A stretch of 61,833 bases of DNA, counting the filler. It is 6 parts of 6 records of this genome, joined end to end, with 100 filler letters (N's around TTAATTAATTAA, not from the genome) between each part and the next. Parts side by side here need not be neighbours in the genome. Positions count along the whole stretch, not along the records: positions 1 to 8,584 come from SRR31156797_24803; 5 more parts are not named here. One strand, given 5' to 3'. Below, in pieces: positions 1-8,684 of the stretch. Both the position numbers and the translations under genes were made by a program. The notes under the pieces were generated by a model, which was given only the letters and a program-made list of their open reading frames with translations, did not search any database and had not been told where the DNA came from. Position 1 is the first letter of the stretch, and each line of letters starts with the position of its first letter.

Positions 1-113
1 TCAAAAAGAGCCCATGTTTTTATATGAAAACTTTAAAATATCATACTGTTACGTGAGCCCGACCCAGATTTACAGATTTAGATATTAACAGGCGTTGGCC
101 CTGAAGGCCTGAA

Positions 114-698
114 TCATGACCGCTGACATTTAACATGGGACTTGGTTTCCTGGATAATTTTTAAGCACCCTGATTGTTTAATTTTTTGAATCGTCTGGGT
201 TCGGGGTTGATGTCCATCTTCAATAATTATTGTACCCTCTTTTTTAACCAATCTGCTCAACTCATTTAAAAATACATCCGGTTTCTCCACCATGTGAAAC
301 ATGTCCAGCGCATAAACGATATCCGCAGTTTCAGAACTTATGGGTGTTTTGTATTTTTCTGCGAGAACCGCTTCGACGTTGGTTAGTGACAATTTCTCAA
401 TTTTTTCTTTTACTATAGCAATGGCAAGAGCGTGTATGTCCACCGCGAAAACTTTGCCTGTTTGACCAACAGCGTTGGATGCAAATCCAATGTATCTGGC
501 CGGCCCGCAGCCATAATCAATAACCGTCTGCCCGGATTTTAACCCCAAAGTCGCAAAGTTTTTTCGTGAATGTCCGCCCAATATATCCATCAGTTTCATG
601 ACCAGTGTCATTGCGTTGAAACCAAGGTTTGACATTGATTCTCTATTTTTTCCGGAAAAAGAATCGCCTATCTTTTTAGTTTTCATTGTATCCCTCAT
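114..698 (-). CDS. Class I SAM-dependent methyltransferase
   Basis: Motif I VIDYGCGPA, acidic VDIH after beta2, and ADIVYALDMFH. Last gene of the minus-strand operon. Confidence 0.85.
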   Translation of the reverse strand: MRDTMKTKKIGDSFSGKNRESMSNLGFNAMTLVMKLMDILGGHSRKNFATLGLKSGQTVIDYGCGPARYIGFASNAVGQTGKVFAVDIHALAIAIVKEKIEKLSLTNVEAVLAEKYKTPISSETADIVYALDMFHMVEKPDVFLNELSRLVKKEGTIIIEDGHQPRTQTIQKIKQSGCLKIIQETKSHVKCQRS

Positions 699-758
699 AT
701 TGTCTAAGATAATAAAAATTATATGCTTTGAAAAAAATACCCTTTTTTGCGTAAGATA

Positions 759-1460
759 TCAATCAGGTTGTGGCATAATTGTTTGTCTGTCCAAATAAAC
801 AATGCGGGAACACACCCGGGCAATGCTGCCCAGATCATGGGAAATAAAGAGAAGCGCCATATTGGATTTTTCCTGCATGGATGTCAGATGGCCCATGATA
901 TCAACCTGCAAGGGCAGATCCAAACCGCAAAGCGCTTCATCGCAGATCAGCAGTTGTGGTGATACTGACAGCGCCCGGGCGATGGCGGCCCGCTGGCACT
1001 GCCCGCCGGAGAGCATTCCCGGTCGATACCGACCGAAATCCGGGTCAAGTCCCATGGTTTGCATCAGTGCATCCGCCCGTTCCCGGCGCTCCCGCTTCGT
1101 GCCAATGCCAAAGGCGGCCATGGGTTCAACAATTGAGGTACGAACAGACAAAAAAGGATTCAGATATGCAAAGGGGTCCTGCCATACCATCTGGACCCTG
1201 CGAAAAAACTTGCGATCAGGCCGCGTCTTTGCATCGCATACAAGTCGGCCCTTCCAAAAAACCTGTCCGGCATCCGGCGTTTCAGCCCCCAGGATAATGC
1301 GTGCAACCGTACTTTTCCCGATGCCGCTGGGCCCTGAAAGGCCCACGGCTTCCCCAGCCCGGATACCAAGGCTGAAATCTGACAGCACAGAAACGTTCTC
1401 CCTGCCCCGGCCGATATATGCCTTGCAGATGCCGGTCATATGAAGCAGGTGCGGGTGCAT
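759..1460 (-). CDS. Peptide/nickel ABC transporter ATP-binding subunit (DppF/NikE-like)
   Basis: Walker A GPSGIGKST, Q-loop VWQDP, signature LSGGQ, Walker B LLICDE, H-loop ISHD. Confidence 0.9.
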   Translation of the reverse strand: MHPHLLHMTGICKAYIGRGRENVSVLSDFSLGIRAGEAVGLSGPSGIGKSTVARIILGAETPDAGQVFWKGRLVCDAKTRPDRKFFRRVQMVWQDPFAYLNPFLSVRTSIVEPMAAFGIGTKRERRERADALMQTMGLDPDFGRYRPGMLSGGQCQRAAIARALSVSPQLLICDEALCGLDLPLQVDIMGHLTSMQEKSNMALLFISHDLGSIARVCSRIVYLDRQTIMPQPD

Positions 1461-1462
1461 AT

Positions 1463-2269
1463 TCAGGCTCCCTCCAAAAAGTTCATGGCATCAACCAGAT
1501 CCCGGGTATGGGCATGGCTGGGATTTTCAATGATATCCCGGACAGCCCCGGCCTCTATCTGCCGGCCGTTGTAAATCACAAGCAGTTCAGAGGCAAGTCG
1601 TTGAAGCCCCCTTAAATCATGGGAAATAACAATCACCGCCGTACCCGCATTTTTTGTTAGATTCCGGATGCTGTTTTCCACAATAGCTCTATTAACATCA
1701 TCCTGGCCTGTTGCAGGCTCGTCAGCAATGAGAATACGGGGCCTGACGGCCAGGGCCAAAGCCATCAAACATCGCCGCCGCTGGCCTCCGCTGAGTTCAA
1801 ACGGATAACGCTCAAACGCCCATGCACCTAACCCTGCCGTTTCCAGGGCATGAATTGCCGCGTCTTCCGGATTTTTTTCCCGGATTGTGCCCCCCCTATT
1901 TACGGCAGCCTGTATGGCGTCGGTCAGGTGAACGCCGATTTTCACCCAGGCATCCAGGGCCCGGGCCGGACTTTGGAACAGCATCAAAACGTCCCGGCCC
2001 GGGACGAGAAGTTTTTGGGCGCCCTTTTCCGGCAAAACCGGCTTTCCCATAAACAGAACACGTCCACCGAGCACGGCCAAAGGCCGGGGTAAAATCCCGG
2101 CCAGGGCCATGGCAGTCAGCGTTTTCCCTGACCCGCTTTTTCCGGTAATGCCTAAAACCTCTCCCGGATTCAGACAAAAACCGACCTTGTCAACCATGCA
2201 GGTATTGGATTTTTTGCCGGGAATGCCGATACAAAGGTCCCTGACAGATAAAAGGTCGGGATCAGACAT
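1463..2269 (-). CDS. Peptide/nickel ABC transporter ATP-binding subunit (DppD/NikD-like)
   Basis: GKSGSGKT, YPFELSGGQ, LIADEP, ISHD. Start reset to ATG 2269 (MSDPDLL), which overlaps the permease stop. Confidence 0.9.
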   Translation of the reverse strand: MSDPDLLSVRDLCIGIPGKKSNTCMVDKVGFCLNPGEVLGITGKSGSGKTLTAMALAGILPRPLAVLGGRVLFMGKPVLPEKGAQKLLVPGRDVLMLFQSPARALDAWVKIGVHLTDAIQAAVNRGGTIREKNPEDAAIHALETAGLGAWAFERYPFELSGGQRRRCLMALALAVRPRILIADEPATGQDDVNRAIVENSIRNLTKNAGTAVIVISHDLRGLQRLASELLVIYNGRQIEAGAVRDIIENPSHAHTRDLVDAMNFLEGA

Positions 2270-3077
2270 GATCCAATTCCTTTTGAAAAAGTTTGCCAAA
2301 CATATTCAAAACCGCCACCACCAGGGTAATGGCAACTCCCGGGGCAAATACCAGCCACGGGGCGCGATCCATGTAAATGCCTGCTTCCTGGAGCATTCTG
2401 CCCAGCTCGGGTGCAGGCGGGGGCGGACCTAATCCCAGGTAACTCAATCCGGCAAAGGCCAAAATCATCCGCCCCGTTTTTAAAGAGGCTCCTGCCAGGA
2501 CGGGATTTTTAAACTGGGGCAGAATATAGATAAATACGATGCGCAAGGGCTTCAACCCTGCCGTCCGACCGGCAAGGACAAACTCCTTATGCGCCGCCGA
2601 CAATGCAAGCCCCCGGATCAGCCTGGCCCACCAGGGCCAGTTGGCAGCGGCAAGCCCCATAATCAGTCCCTGCATGCTGCCCCCGGCAAGCCCGGCAAAA
2701 ATAATGGCCAGAACCAGTCCCGGCATGGCCAGCCCCATGTCAATGAGGCCCCGGAACAATATTTGTGTCCAGCCTTTGGCCAAGGCGGCACCGGTGCCGA
2801 TCAAAGTACCAATAAATAGAGCCAGACCGGATGCTGCCAGTGCCCCGCCAAGGGACAAACGAAGACCCCAGAACAGACGGGACATGACACACCGCCCCAA
2901 CTGGTCGGTTCCCAGGGGGTATGCCGGGCATGGGGCTTTGAGTCGACAAGAAAGATCACCTGCCAGGGGATCTTGGGGCGCAAGATACGGGGCCGTAAGT
3001 GCCGCAATTCCGACAAATAGACAGAAGACAAGGCCCAAGGCACCCCGACCATAAATCAGATCCCTATTTTTTTTCAC
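2262..3077 (-). CDS. Peptide/nickel ABC permease (DppC/NikC-like)
   Basis: YPLGTDQLGRCV motif, EAA-loop EFVLAGRTAG, LSYLGLG. Start reset to GTG 3077, which forms a GTGA overlap with the upstream stop. Confidence 0.88.
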   Translation of the reverse strand: MKKNRDLIYGRGALGLVFCLFVGIAALTAPYLAPQDPLAGDLSCRLKAPCPAYPLGTDQLGRCVMSRLFWGLRLSLGGALAASGLALFIGTLIGTGAALAKGWTQILFRGLIDMGLAMPGLVLAIIFAGLAGGSMQGLIMGLAAANWPWWARLIRGLALSAAHKEFVLAGRTAGLKPLRIVFIYILPQFKNPVLAGASLKTGRMILAFAGLSYLGLGPPPPAPELGRMLQEAGIYMDRAPWLVFAPGVAITLVVAVLNMFGKLFQKELDHV

Positions 3078-4012
3078 GAGTCCGCTCTCATCACAGGATC
3101 CAAGCGACGGTGAATGACATCCGTCAGGCCGTTGACACCCACAAACGTCAGACAGATCAGCAGCACAAGTGCCTGGACCATGGGAATATCCCTTGCCATA
3201 ACCGCCTGGACCGTGAGGCGCCCAAGGCCCGGGCGGGCAAATACGGATTCCACAATCATGGCCCCACCCAAAAGCTGGCCCAGACATACGCCCCAAAGGG
3301 AAATCATGGGCACCAGGGCATGGGGCATGATATGCCGGAAAAATATTTTAAAAGGTCCAAGCCCCCGGGTCCGGGCAAAACGAATATAATCTGCGTCCAT
3401 GGTTTTGACCAGGGCCGAGCGCAGCATGCTGCCCTGGAGCAGGCCAATCCCCAGGGCCAAAGACAATGCAGGCAAAATATCATGGGCAAAACTACCCTGG
3501 CCGCTGACCGGCAAAAGCCCCAGTTTCAAAGAAAAACACCAGACCAGAAGAATCCCCAGCCAGAACGCGGGCATGGCAGACGACAGAATGGTCAGCATCC
3601 CGAAAAAATAATCGATGAACCTTTGCCGGAACACAGCGGCAATCGTACCGGAAGCTGCAGACAAAACCATCACCATCACAAAGGCCGTCAGGGCCAATTC
3701 CAGGGTAGGCGCCAAACTCATCACTATTTGCGTTAAAACCGGAGACCCTGTCTGCCAGCTAATGCCCAGATCCCCGGTGCATATCCTGCCCATCCAGCAC
3801 AGGTACCGAATAATCCAGTGCTGATCCAGGGCCAGAGTATGTCGAAATGCCTCAATCTGCTCCCGTCCCGGGGCCAAACTCTGGTTGAACAAAATGATTT
3901 CTGCAGGATCGCCCGGACTCAGGGCAAACAGGATAAAGGTACAAAGGCTGATTCCCCACAGGACAAAACAGCCATAGGCAAGGTGCTTGATCCAGTTGGG
4001 CACAATAATCAT
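3074..4012 (-). CDS. Peptide/nickel ABC permease (DppB/NikB-like)
   Basis: SPGDPA, GDLGIS, MPAFWLG, DYIRFARTRGL, VESVFARPGLG. ATG 4012 is preceded by AAGGAGGA. Confidence 0.9.
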   Translation of the reverse strand: MIIVPNWIKHLAYGCFVLWGISLCTFILFALSPGDPAEIILFNQSLAPGREQIEAFRHTLALDQHWIIRYLCWMGRICTGDLGISWQTGSPVLTQIVMSLAPTLELALTAFVMVMVLSAASGTIAAVFRQRFIDYFFGMLTILSSAMPAFWLGILLVWCFSLKLGLLPVSGQGSFAHDILPALSLALGIGLLQGSMLRSALVKTMDADYIRFARTRGLGPFKIFFRHIMPHALVPMISLWGVCLGQLLGGAMIVESVFARPGLGRLTVQAVMARDIPMVQALVLLICLTFVGVNGLTDVIHRRLDPVMRADS

Positions 4013-4022
4013 TTTATCCTCC

Positions 4023-4871
4023 TTAAATGGATGAACCCGTTGGCACGGACCAGCAAACCATGGCCGTAGCAGATTGCCCCTCAAGATAAATATGACCGTT
4101 CTTTACATGAGGTTCAAACACTTGCTCTATGGTCTTGTCTAAAAGCGCCAAAGGACATCCGAACATGCTGAAATAAGCCCTGAAATATTCCCGGGCCCGG
4201 TGAAATTCCACGTCCAGAACCGCAGGCAAATCCAAGGTGTGTATTATGGGTGCCCTGCCGGTCTGTTCCAGAAAATTTTGGGCGCAGGTCAAATGGTCTC
4301 CGGGTGTGGGACAGGGGACATCCATAACTTTCTTCCATATCTGACGGTAAAAAGGAAACGGGGGCGGGCCGTTGCCCACCACCAGCACACAATCTCGTTT
4401 CGCCAATTTTTCCATGCGCGAAACGCCTTGGGGACAACAGGCTTCGGGAAAAAATGCTGCGATAACCAAATCATGGCTCCGGGCGACATCAAGGGTATTC
4501 CAGTCAGCGGCCCAGGGTGCAATCCCTGAACACCCCGTGGTGCTGATTTTATCTTTCAATACCCGGATCATGGCCCGGGACGTATCCATGGCCGTCACCC
4601 GGCAGCCGCAGGCGGCCAGGGCCACAGAAAGATTTCCCGGGCCGCAGCCGATTTCAAGGACAGAGCCGCCTGCCAAAGCAGCCCCCTGATCAGCCAGTGT
4701 CCCGGCCATAACCTTAGCGGCACCCAGAGTGATTCCGGACATCTGTTCCCATAGTTCAGCAACCTGATCATAAAAATCACACCATTTGCCGGGATGAGCC
4801 TGCTGGGTTTTCTTTAAGAAAGAATTTTTGCCAAAATTTTCCCATCGTTTACCCCAGTCTAAATCCGTCAT
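4023..4871 (-). CDS. Class I SAM-dependent methyltransferase embedded in the uptake operon
   Basis: VLEIGCGPG, MDTSRAMI, HDLVIAAF. Tightly packed between the SBP and permease genes. Confidence 0.85.
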   Translation of the reverse strand: MTDLDWGKRWENFGKNSFLKKTQQAHPGKWCDFYDQVAELWEQMSGITLGAAKVMAGTLADQGAALAGGSVLEIGCGPGNLSVALAACGCRVTAMDTSRAMIRVLKDKISTTGCSGIAPWAADWNTLDVARSHDLVIAAFFPEACCPQGVSRMEKLAKRDCVLVVGNGPPPFPFYRQIWKKVMDVPCPTPGDHLTCAQNFLEQTGRAPIIHTLDLPAVLDVEFHRAREYFRAYFSMFGCPLALLDKTIEQVFEPHVKNGHIYLEGQSATAMVCWSVPTGSSI

Positions 4872-4874
4872 TGC

Positions 4875-6449
4875 TTAATGCTCCTGTTTTGCACTTGAGG
4901 TTGCGGTCACAGGTTTTGCTTGAATCAGCAAGGGCCTGAAATTATGGTCCATACCGAAAAATGACAACCGGTCTGTGTAGGCATAAAAACAAATATCATG
5001 GTACAGCGGCAATAAAGGCAAATCCCGGGCGAAATTCTTAGACAAATTCCGGTAAATATCCTTTTGTTCTGCAACAGAGGCACTGTGCCGCCCCTGGGAG
5101 ATCCGTGCATCAGTTTGTGGCGATGCGTTGCCGTAGCTTCGGGGGCCGTCCGAGGACAGATAGTATGAATAGAAAAAATCGGGTTCCCCTGTCATCAGGG
5201 TATTGGGCTGTAGCGCCAGATTGAACTTGCCCTGTTCCATCTCCTTGTAATATGCCCCCGGTTCCCTGACATGAATTGCGGCCTTAAACCCGTATTTTGC
5301 CAGCTGCATCTGAATGAACTGGGCAATATCCAGATAGGGCCAACGCGCCACGGTACCGGCGTGAAGAAGAATATCCACGAGTGCCTTTGGGGGTTTTTTC
5401 ACCGGGTGCCACTTGCCGTCAAGATCTCCGAAACACCACTCCTTGGCCAGGGGGGTAAACGGATCCCTGGCCACCCGGCCGCAACCGGCCACCAGGGCCT
5501 CAACAATATTGTCCCGGTCAATGATTGACGCAAGCCATTGACGCGCGCTGTTTTCCTTGAAAGGAGGGCCGGCGCAATTGAACACCAGATAATGGGTGGT
5601 CGCCACTTCAATATGTTTCAAGATAAGTCCCGGCACACGCTTTAACGTATCCACCTGCTGGGGTAAAATGGCACCCACATCAGCCACGGCATCCACTTCA
5701 TGCGCCATCAGGGCCATGGCCCGGGTCTGGGCATCGGCCAGATCCCGGAAAATGACCTGCCGGAAATGGGATTTTTCCCCCCAATATCCATCAAACGCCG
5801 CCAAAACGACACGATCCCCGGGCATGGCCTGTTTCAAATAAAAAGGGCCGGTGCCGGTTACGGTTTTAAGGCGGCCGTCCGGTTCAAAATCTTTAGGGTG
5901 AAGCACAGGGCTTTGATAATAGGAGATCCGGTTGGCAAAGGTGGGACAAGGAGCCTTAAGATAAAAAATAAGGTCAAGGTCTCCCCGGACCTCTAAACGG
6001 TCCAAATTTTTGAAAACACCCGAGGGGTCATAGCGCGGACTGGATGCAATACGCAGAATGGACTGCCTGGCAAGGTCTGCCGTCAAAGGGGTCTTATCAT
6101 GAAACCGGACATTGTCCCTTAAATGGAAAATCCAGGTCCGATTCCCATCCATTGATTCCCAGGATTTGGCCAGCCAGGGACAGGCATTGAGATGTTCATC
6201 AAGATATGTCAGCGCCTCCCAGGTATGGGTGGAGCCATGCAGATAGGTCCGGCTTGCCGGGCCATCCAAAAAATCCCGGCCCACCCCGATAATTAAGGTC
6301 TGTTCCCTGTCAGGCACAGCCCCTGCAACGGAAAAATCCGGTACCAGGGCTGGCCAAATCATGGCCGGCACCAGGAAAACCAGGTACCGGCCCCAAATAT
6401 TTTTTAAAAATAAAAGAATCAAAATGCGTACCGAATCCCCATCATACAC
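4875..6449 (-). CDS. Family 5 ABC substrate-binding protein (DppA/NikA-like)
   Basis: PWLAKSWE, WIFHLRDNVRFHD, GTGPF, FDGYWG motifs. Start uncertain (possibly TTG near 6422). Confidence 0.9.
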   Translation of the reverse strand: MYDGDSVRILILLFLKNIWGRYLVFLVPAMIWPALVPDFSVAGAVPDREQTLIIGVGRDFLDGPASRTYLHGSTHTWEALTYLDEHLNACPWLAKSWESMDGNRTWIFHLRDNVRFHDKTPLTADLARQSILRIASSPRYDPSGVFKNLDRLEVRGDLDLIFYLKAPCPTFANRISYYQSPVLHPKDFEPDGRLKTVTGTGPFYLKQAMPGDRVVLAAFDGYWGEKSHFRQVIFRDLADAQTRAMALMAHEVDAVADVGAILPQQVDTLKRVPGLILKHIEVATTHYLVFNCAGPPFKENSARQWLASIIDRDNIVEALVAGCGRVARDPFTPLAKEWCFGDLDGKWHPVKKPPKALVDILLHAGTVARWPYLDIAQFIQMQLAKYGFKAAIHVREPGAYYKEMEQGKFNLALQPNTLMTGEPDFFYSYYLSSDGPRSYGNASPQTDARISQGRHSASVAEQKDIYRNLSKNFARDLPLLPLYHDICFYAYTDRLSFFGMDHNFRPLLIQAKPVTATSSAKQEH

Positions 6450-8518
6450 TCCACATACCGGCCTGGATTCACATAAACGATCTCAGTGGCATACTCCTCA
6501 TCCAGAAGATTGACCACGGAAATCTGGGTATGCAGGGTGACCTTTTCGGACAAGGCCCAGTCCCGCCACACTTTAACATCAAATGTTTCAAAGGATTCCA
6601 TATGAAAATAGGGAAGATCTTCATTATTGTCCGTGTAATAACGGTCATCGGAAAACCGGAACAAAATCTCCCAGTTAAACAGTTTGGGGTTCAGATACCT
6701 CAACCCCAGGCTGCCGAAGTAGTCCGGGGAGTTTCTCAACTCATTACCCACATTGCCGGGATTGGTTTCATCTTTGGTGATCTCTGAATTGTTCAGGGTC
6801 AAAGAACCGGTAAACGCCAGATGTTCGGTAATCGGTTGTTTGATGTACAATTCAATCCCGTTGATTTCGGCCTCACCGATATTCCGGGTTTGTATCAGGG
6901 TGGTGGAATACGGTTCATTGGGCTCATAGGTATAAGCCATGATGTTTTCAATGACACCGTGGTACGCCGTGATTTTGATCAGGGTATTCCAGTTGGGAAT
7001 GGTAATATCCGCACCAAGATCCACCATCCAGGTCTCTTCGGGTTCCAGATCGGTATTGGCCTCACGCCAGGTGGCGCCGGTGTTTTTGTTCTGGAACAGC
7101 CACTTGGGGTTGCCGGGCCAAAACGCCGTGCCGGCGGAAGAGTGCAAGGCCAGTATATCGTTGACGCGGAACTTGATGCCGCCCCTGTAAGTGATTTTAT
7201 CTTTATCCACATCATCCGGTGTGTTGTTCGAAGAACCGGAGTCGTAAATATCCTTATACTCCCATTTGTCATATCGTATCCCACCCAGAAGACTTAACCG
7301 GTCATCCATAAAAAACATCTGGTCCTGAAGATATACGGCTGTCTGATCCGTGGTCAGCTCATACCGGTAGGTCTGGGTCCCGTCCGAATCGTAATCATAT
7401 AAGGTTTCTTCTTCCCGGGCAAAATAAACCCCGGCCGTCAGGACATTGTTGGGTAGAATGGTAAAATCACCCTGGAGTTCAAAGGGTATGCGTTTGCGGT
7501 CCCAGTCCTCAATTTCAGTGATGGTATCATCCACCACAATCACACCATCCACAAGGCTTGCACCGCCATTGGCCTGGGAAGGAATAGATTGATACTGGTA
7601 TCCGGTTGTGGCCGTCAGTTTCACCTGATCCGTAAACTTATGCGCCACCCTCAGGCTTGAAACCACTGAATCGCCATGATCATTGGTGATTGCGTTTTCC
7701 TGGCCCCCGTAAAGGTACCGATCCATATAGTTCAGTGCCAGGGTCACCGTGGTATCTTCGTGGTTATTCCACTCTATCTTTCCACCCACCCACTGGTAGC
7801 TGTAATCATTATCCTCAACGGAAGCACCCCGGACATAATTGGTTTTACCAAGCTTGTGCAATTTCACCATCCCCTCAACCGGTTTCATTTGATAGCCGTC
7901 TGAAATCTCACCGGAATAGGAAAAGCGGTAGGTGAAATTATCTTTGCGATCACCAATGGAAAGACTGGGTTTAAAGGTGTTGTTTTCGCCATACCCCACC
8001 TGGGCGCTGATACCTTCATGGGCCTGCCCGCCGCGGGTGATGATATTTACGGCACCGCCTGCTGCGCTGGGACCGTAAAGGGCTGAAGACGGTCCTAGAA
8101 CCACATCCACCTGTTCAATATCGTTGGGATTTATGGTCGGTGATAAAAAAGCATGAACCGGGATACCGTCAATAAGGTAGGCGGTGCGCTGGAGAAAATG
8201 CCCTGTGCCCCTCAGCTGAATCCAGGGCGGTCCCCAGGGATAATACTGGCCCACACTGACCCCGGGCAAATCCCGGATAAATTCGCCAAAGTTATTCATA
8301 TAATGGGAAGGCTGACAATCCAGATCTTCCCGGTCTACACTATAAGCCGTGACTGGTGACAATTCCTCACTTACACTGGTTTTTGTGGCAGTTACGGTAA
8401 TCTCTTCGATCTGACTTACATCAAAGTTATCCTCTTGTGCCCACACCGGATAAACCAGGCACAAAGTAATCAGCAGCACAATACCCGGCCATAACGGCCG
8501 GCAAGATCTTTTTTCCAT
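6419..8518 (-). CDS. TonB-dependent outer-membrane receptor
   Basis: Signal peptide, TonB box EEITVTAT, plug motifs (LIDGIP, GPSSALYG, GGAVNIIT), NLLDEEY, C-terminal Phe. Confidence 0.93.
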   Translation of the reverse strand: MEKRSCRPLWPGIVLLITLCLVYPVWAQEDNFDVSQIEEITVTATKTSVSEELSPVTAYSVDREDLDCQPSHYMNNFGEFIRDLPGVSVGQYYPWGPPWIQLRGTGHFLQRTAYLIDGIPVHAFLSPTINPNDIEQVDVVLGPSSALYGPSAAGGAVNIITRGGQAHEGISAQVGYGENNTFKPSLSIGDRKDNFTYRFSYSGEISDGYQMKPVEGMVKLHKLGKTNYVRGASVEDNDYSYQWVGGKIEWNNHEDTTVTLALNYMDRYLYGGQENAITNDHGDSVVSSLRVAHKFTDQVKLTATTGYQYQSIPSQANGGASLVDGVIVVDDTITEIEDWDRKRIPFELQGDFTILPNNVLTAGVYFAREEETLYDYDSDGTQTYRYELTTDQTAVYLQDQMFFMDDRLSLLGGIRYDKWEYKDIYDSGSSNNTPDDVDKDKITYRGGIKFRVNDILALHSSAGTAFWPGNPKWLFQNKNTGATWREANTDLEPEETWMVDLGADITIPNWNTLIKITAYHGVIENIMAYTYEPNEPYSTTLIQTRNIGEAEINGIELYIKQPITEHLAFTGSLTLNNSEITKDETNPGNVGNELRNSPDYFGSLGLRYLNPKLFNWEILFRFSDDRYYTDNNEDLPYFHMESFETFDVKVWRDWALSEKVTLHTQISVVNLLDEEYATEIVYVNPGRYVECMMGIRYAF

Positions 8519-8584
8519 GTTCTCTCTTCTCCTTTTTACATATTCGATGCAGTGTCAAATTAACGCCCTTCGGGCGAGCTGTTA

Positions 8585-8684
8585 NNNNNNNNNNNNNNNN
8601 NNNNNNNNNNNNNNNNNNNNNNNNNNNNTTAATTAATTAANNNNNNNNNNNNNNNNNNNNNNNNNNNNNNNNNNNNNNNNNNNN
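8585..8684. other. Artificial contig linker (N44-TTAATTAATTAA-N44)
   Basis: Identical 100-nt spacer occurs five times and has stops in all six frames. Confidence 0.99.

Noticed and set aside
45-113. GAGCCCGACCC near the window start as a REP/RAYT-type element end
   Set aside because: Single copy at a contig edge with no transposase visible, so it cannot be supported.
8553-8558. Minus-strand TTGACA as the -35 of the TBDR promoter
   Set aside because: No plausible -10 hexamer at 16-18 nt spacing, and that position falls on the RBS.
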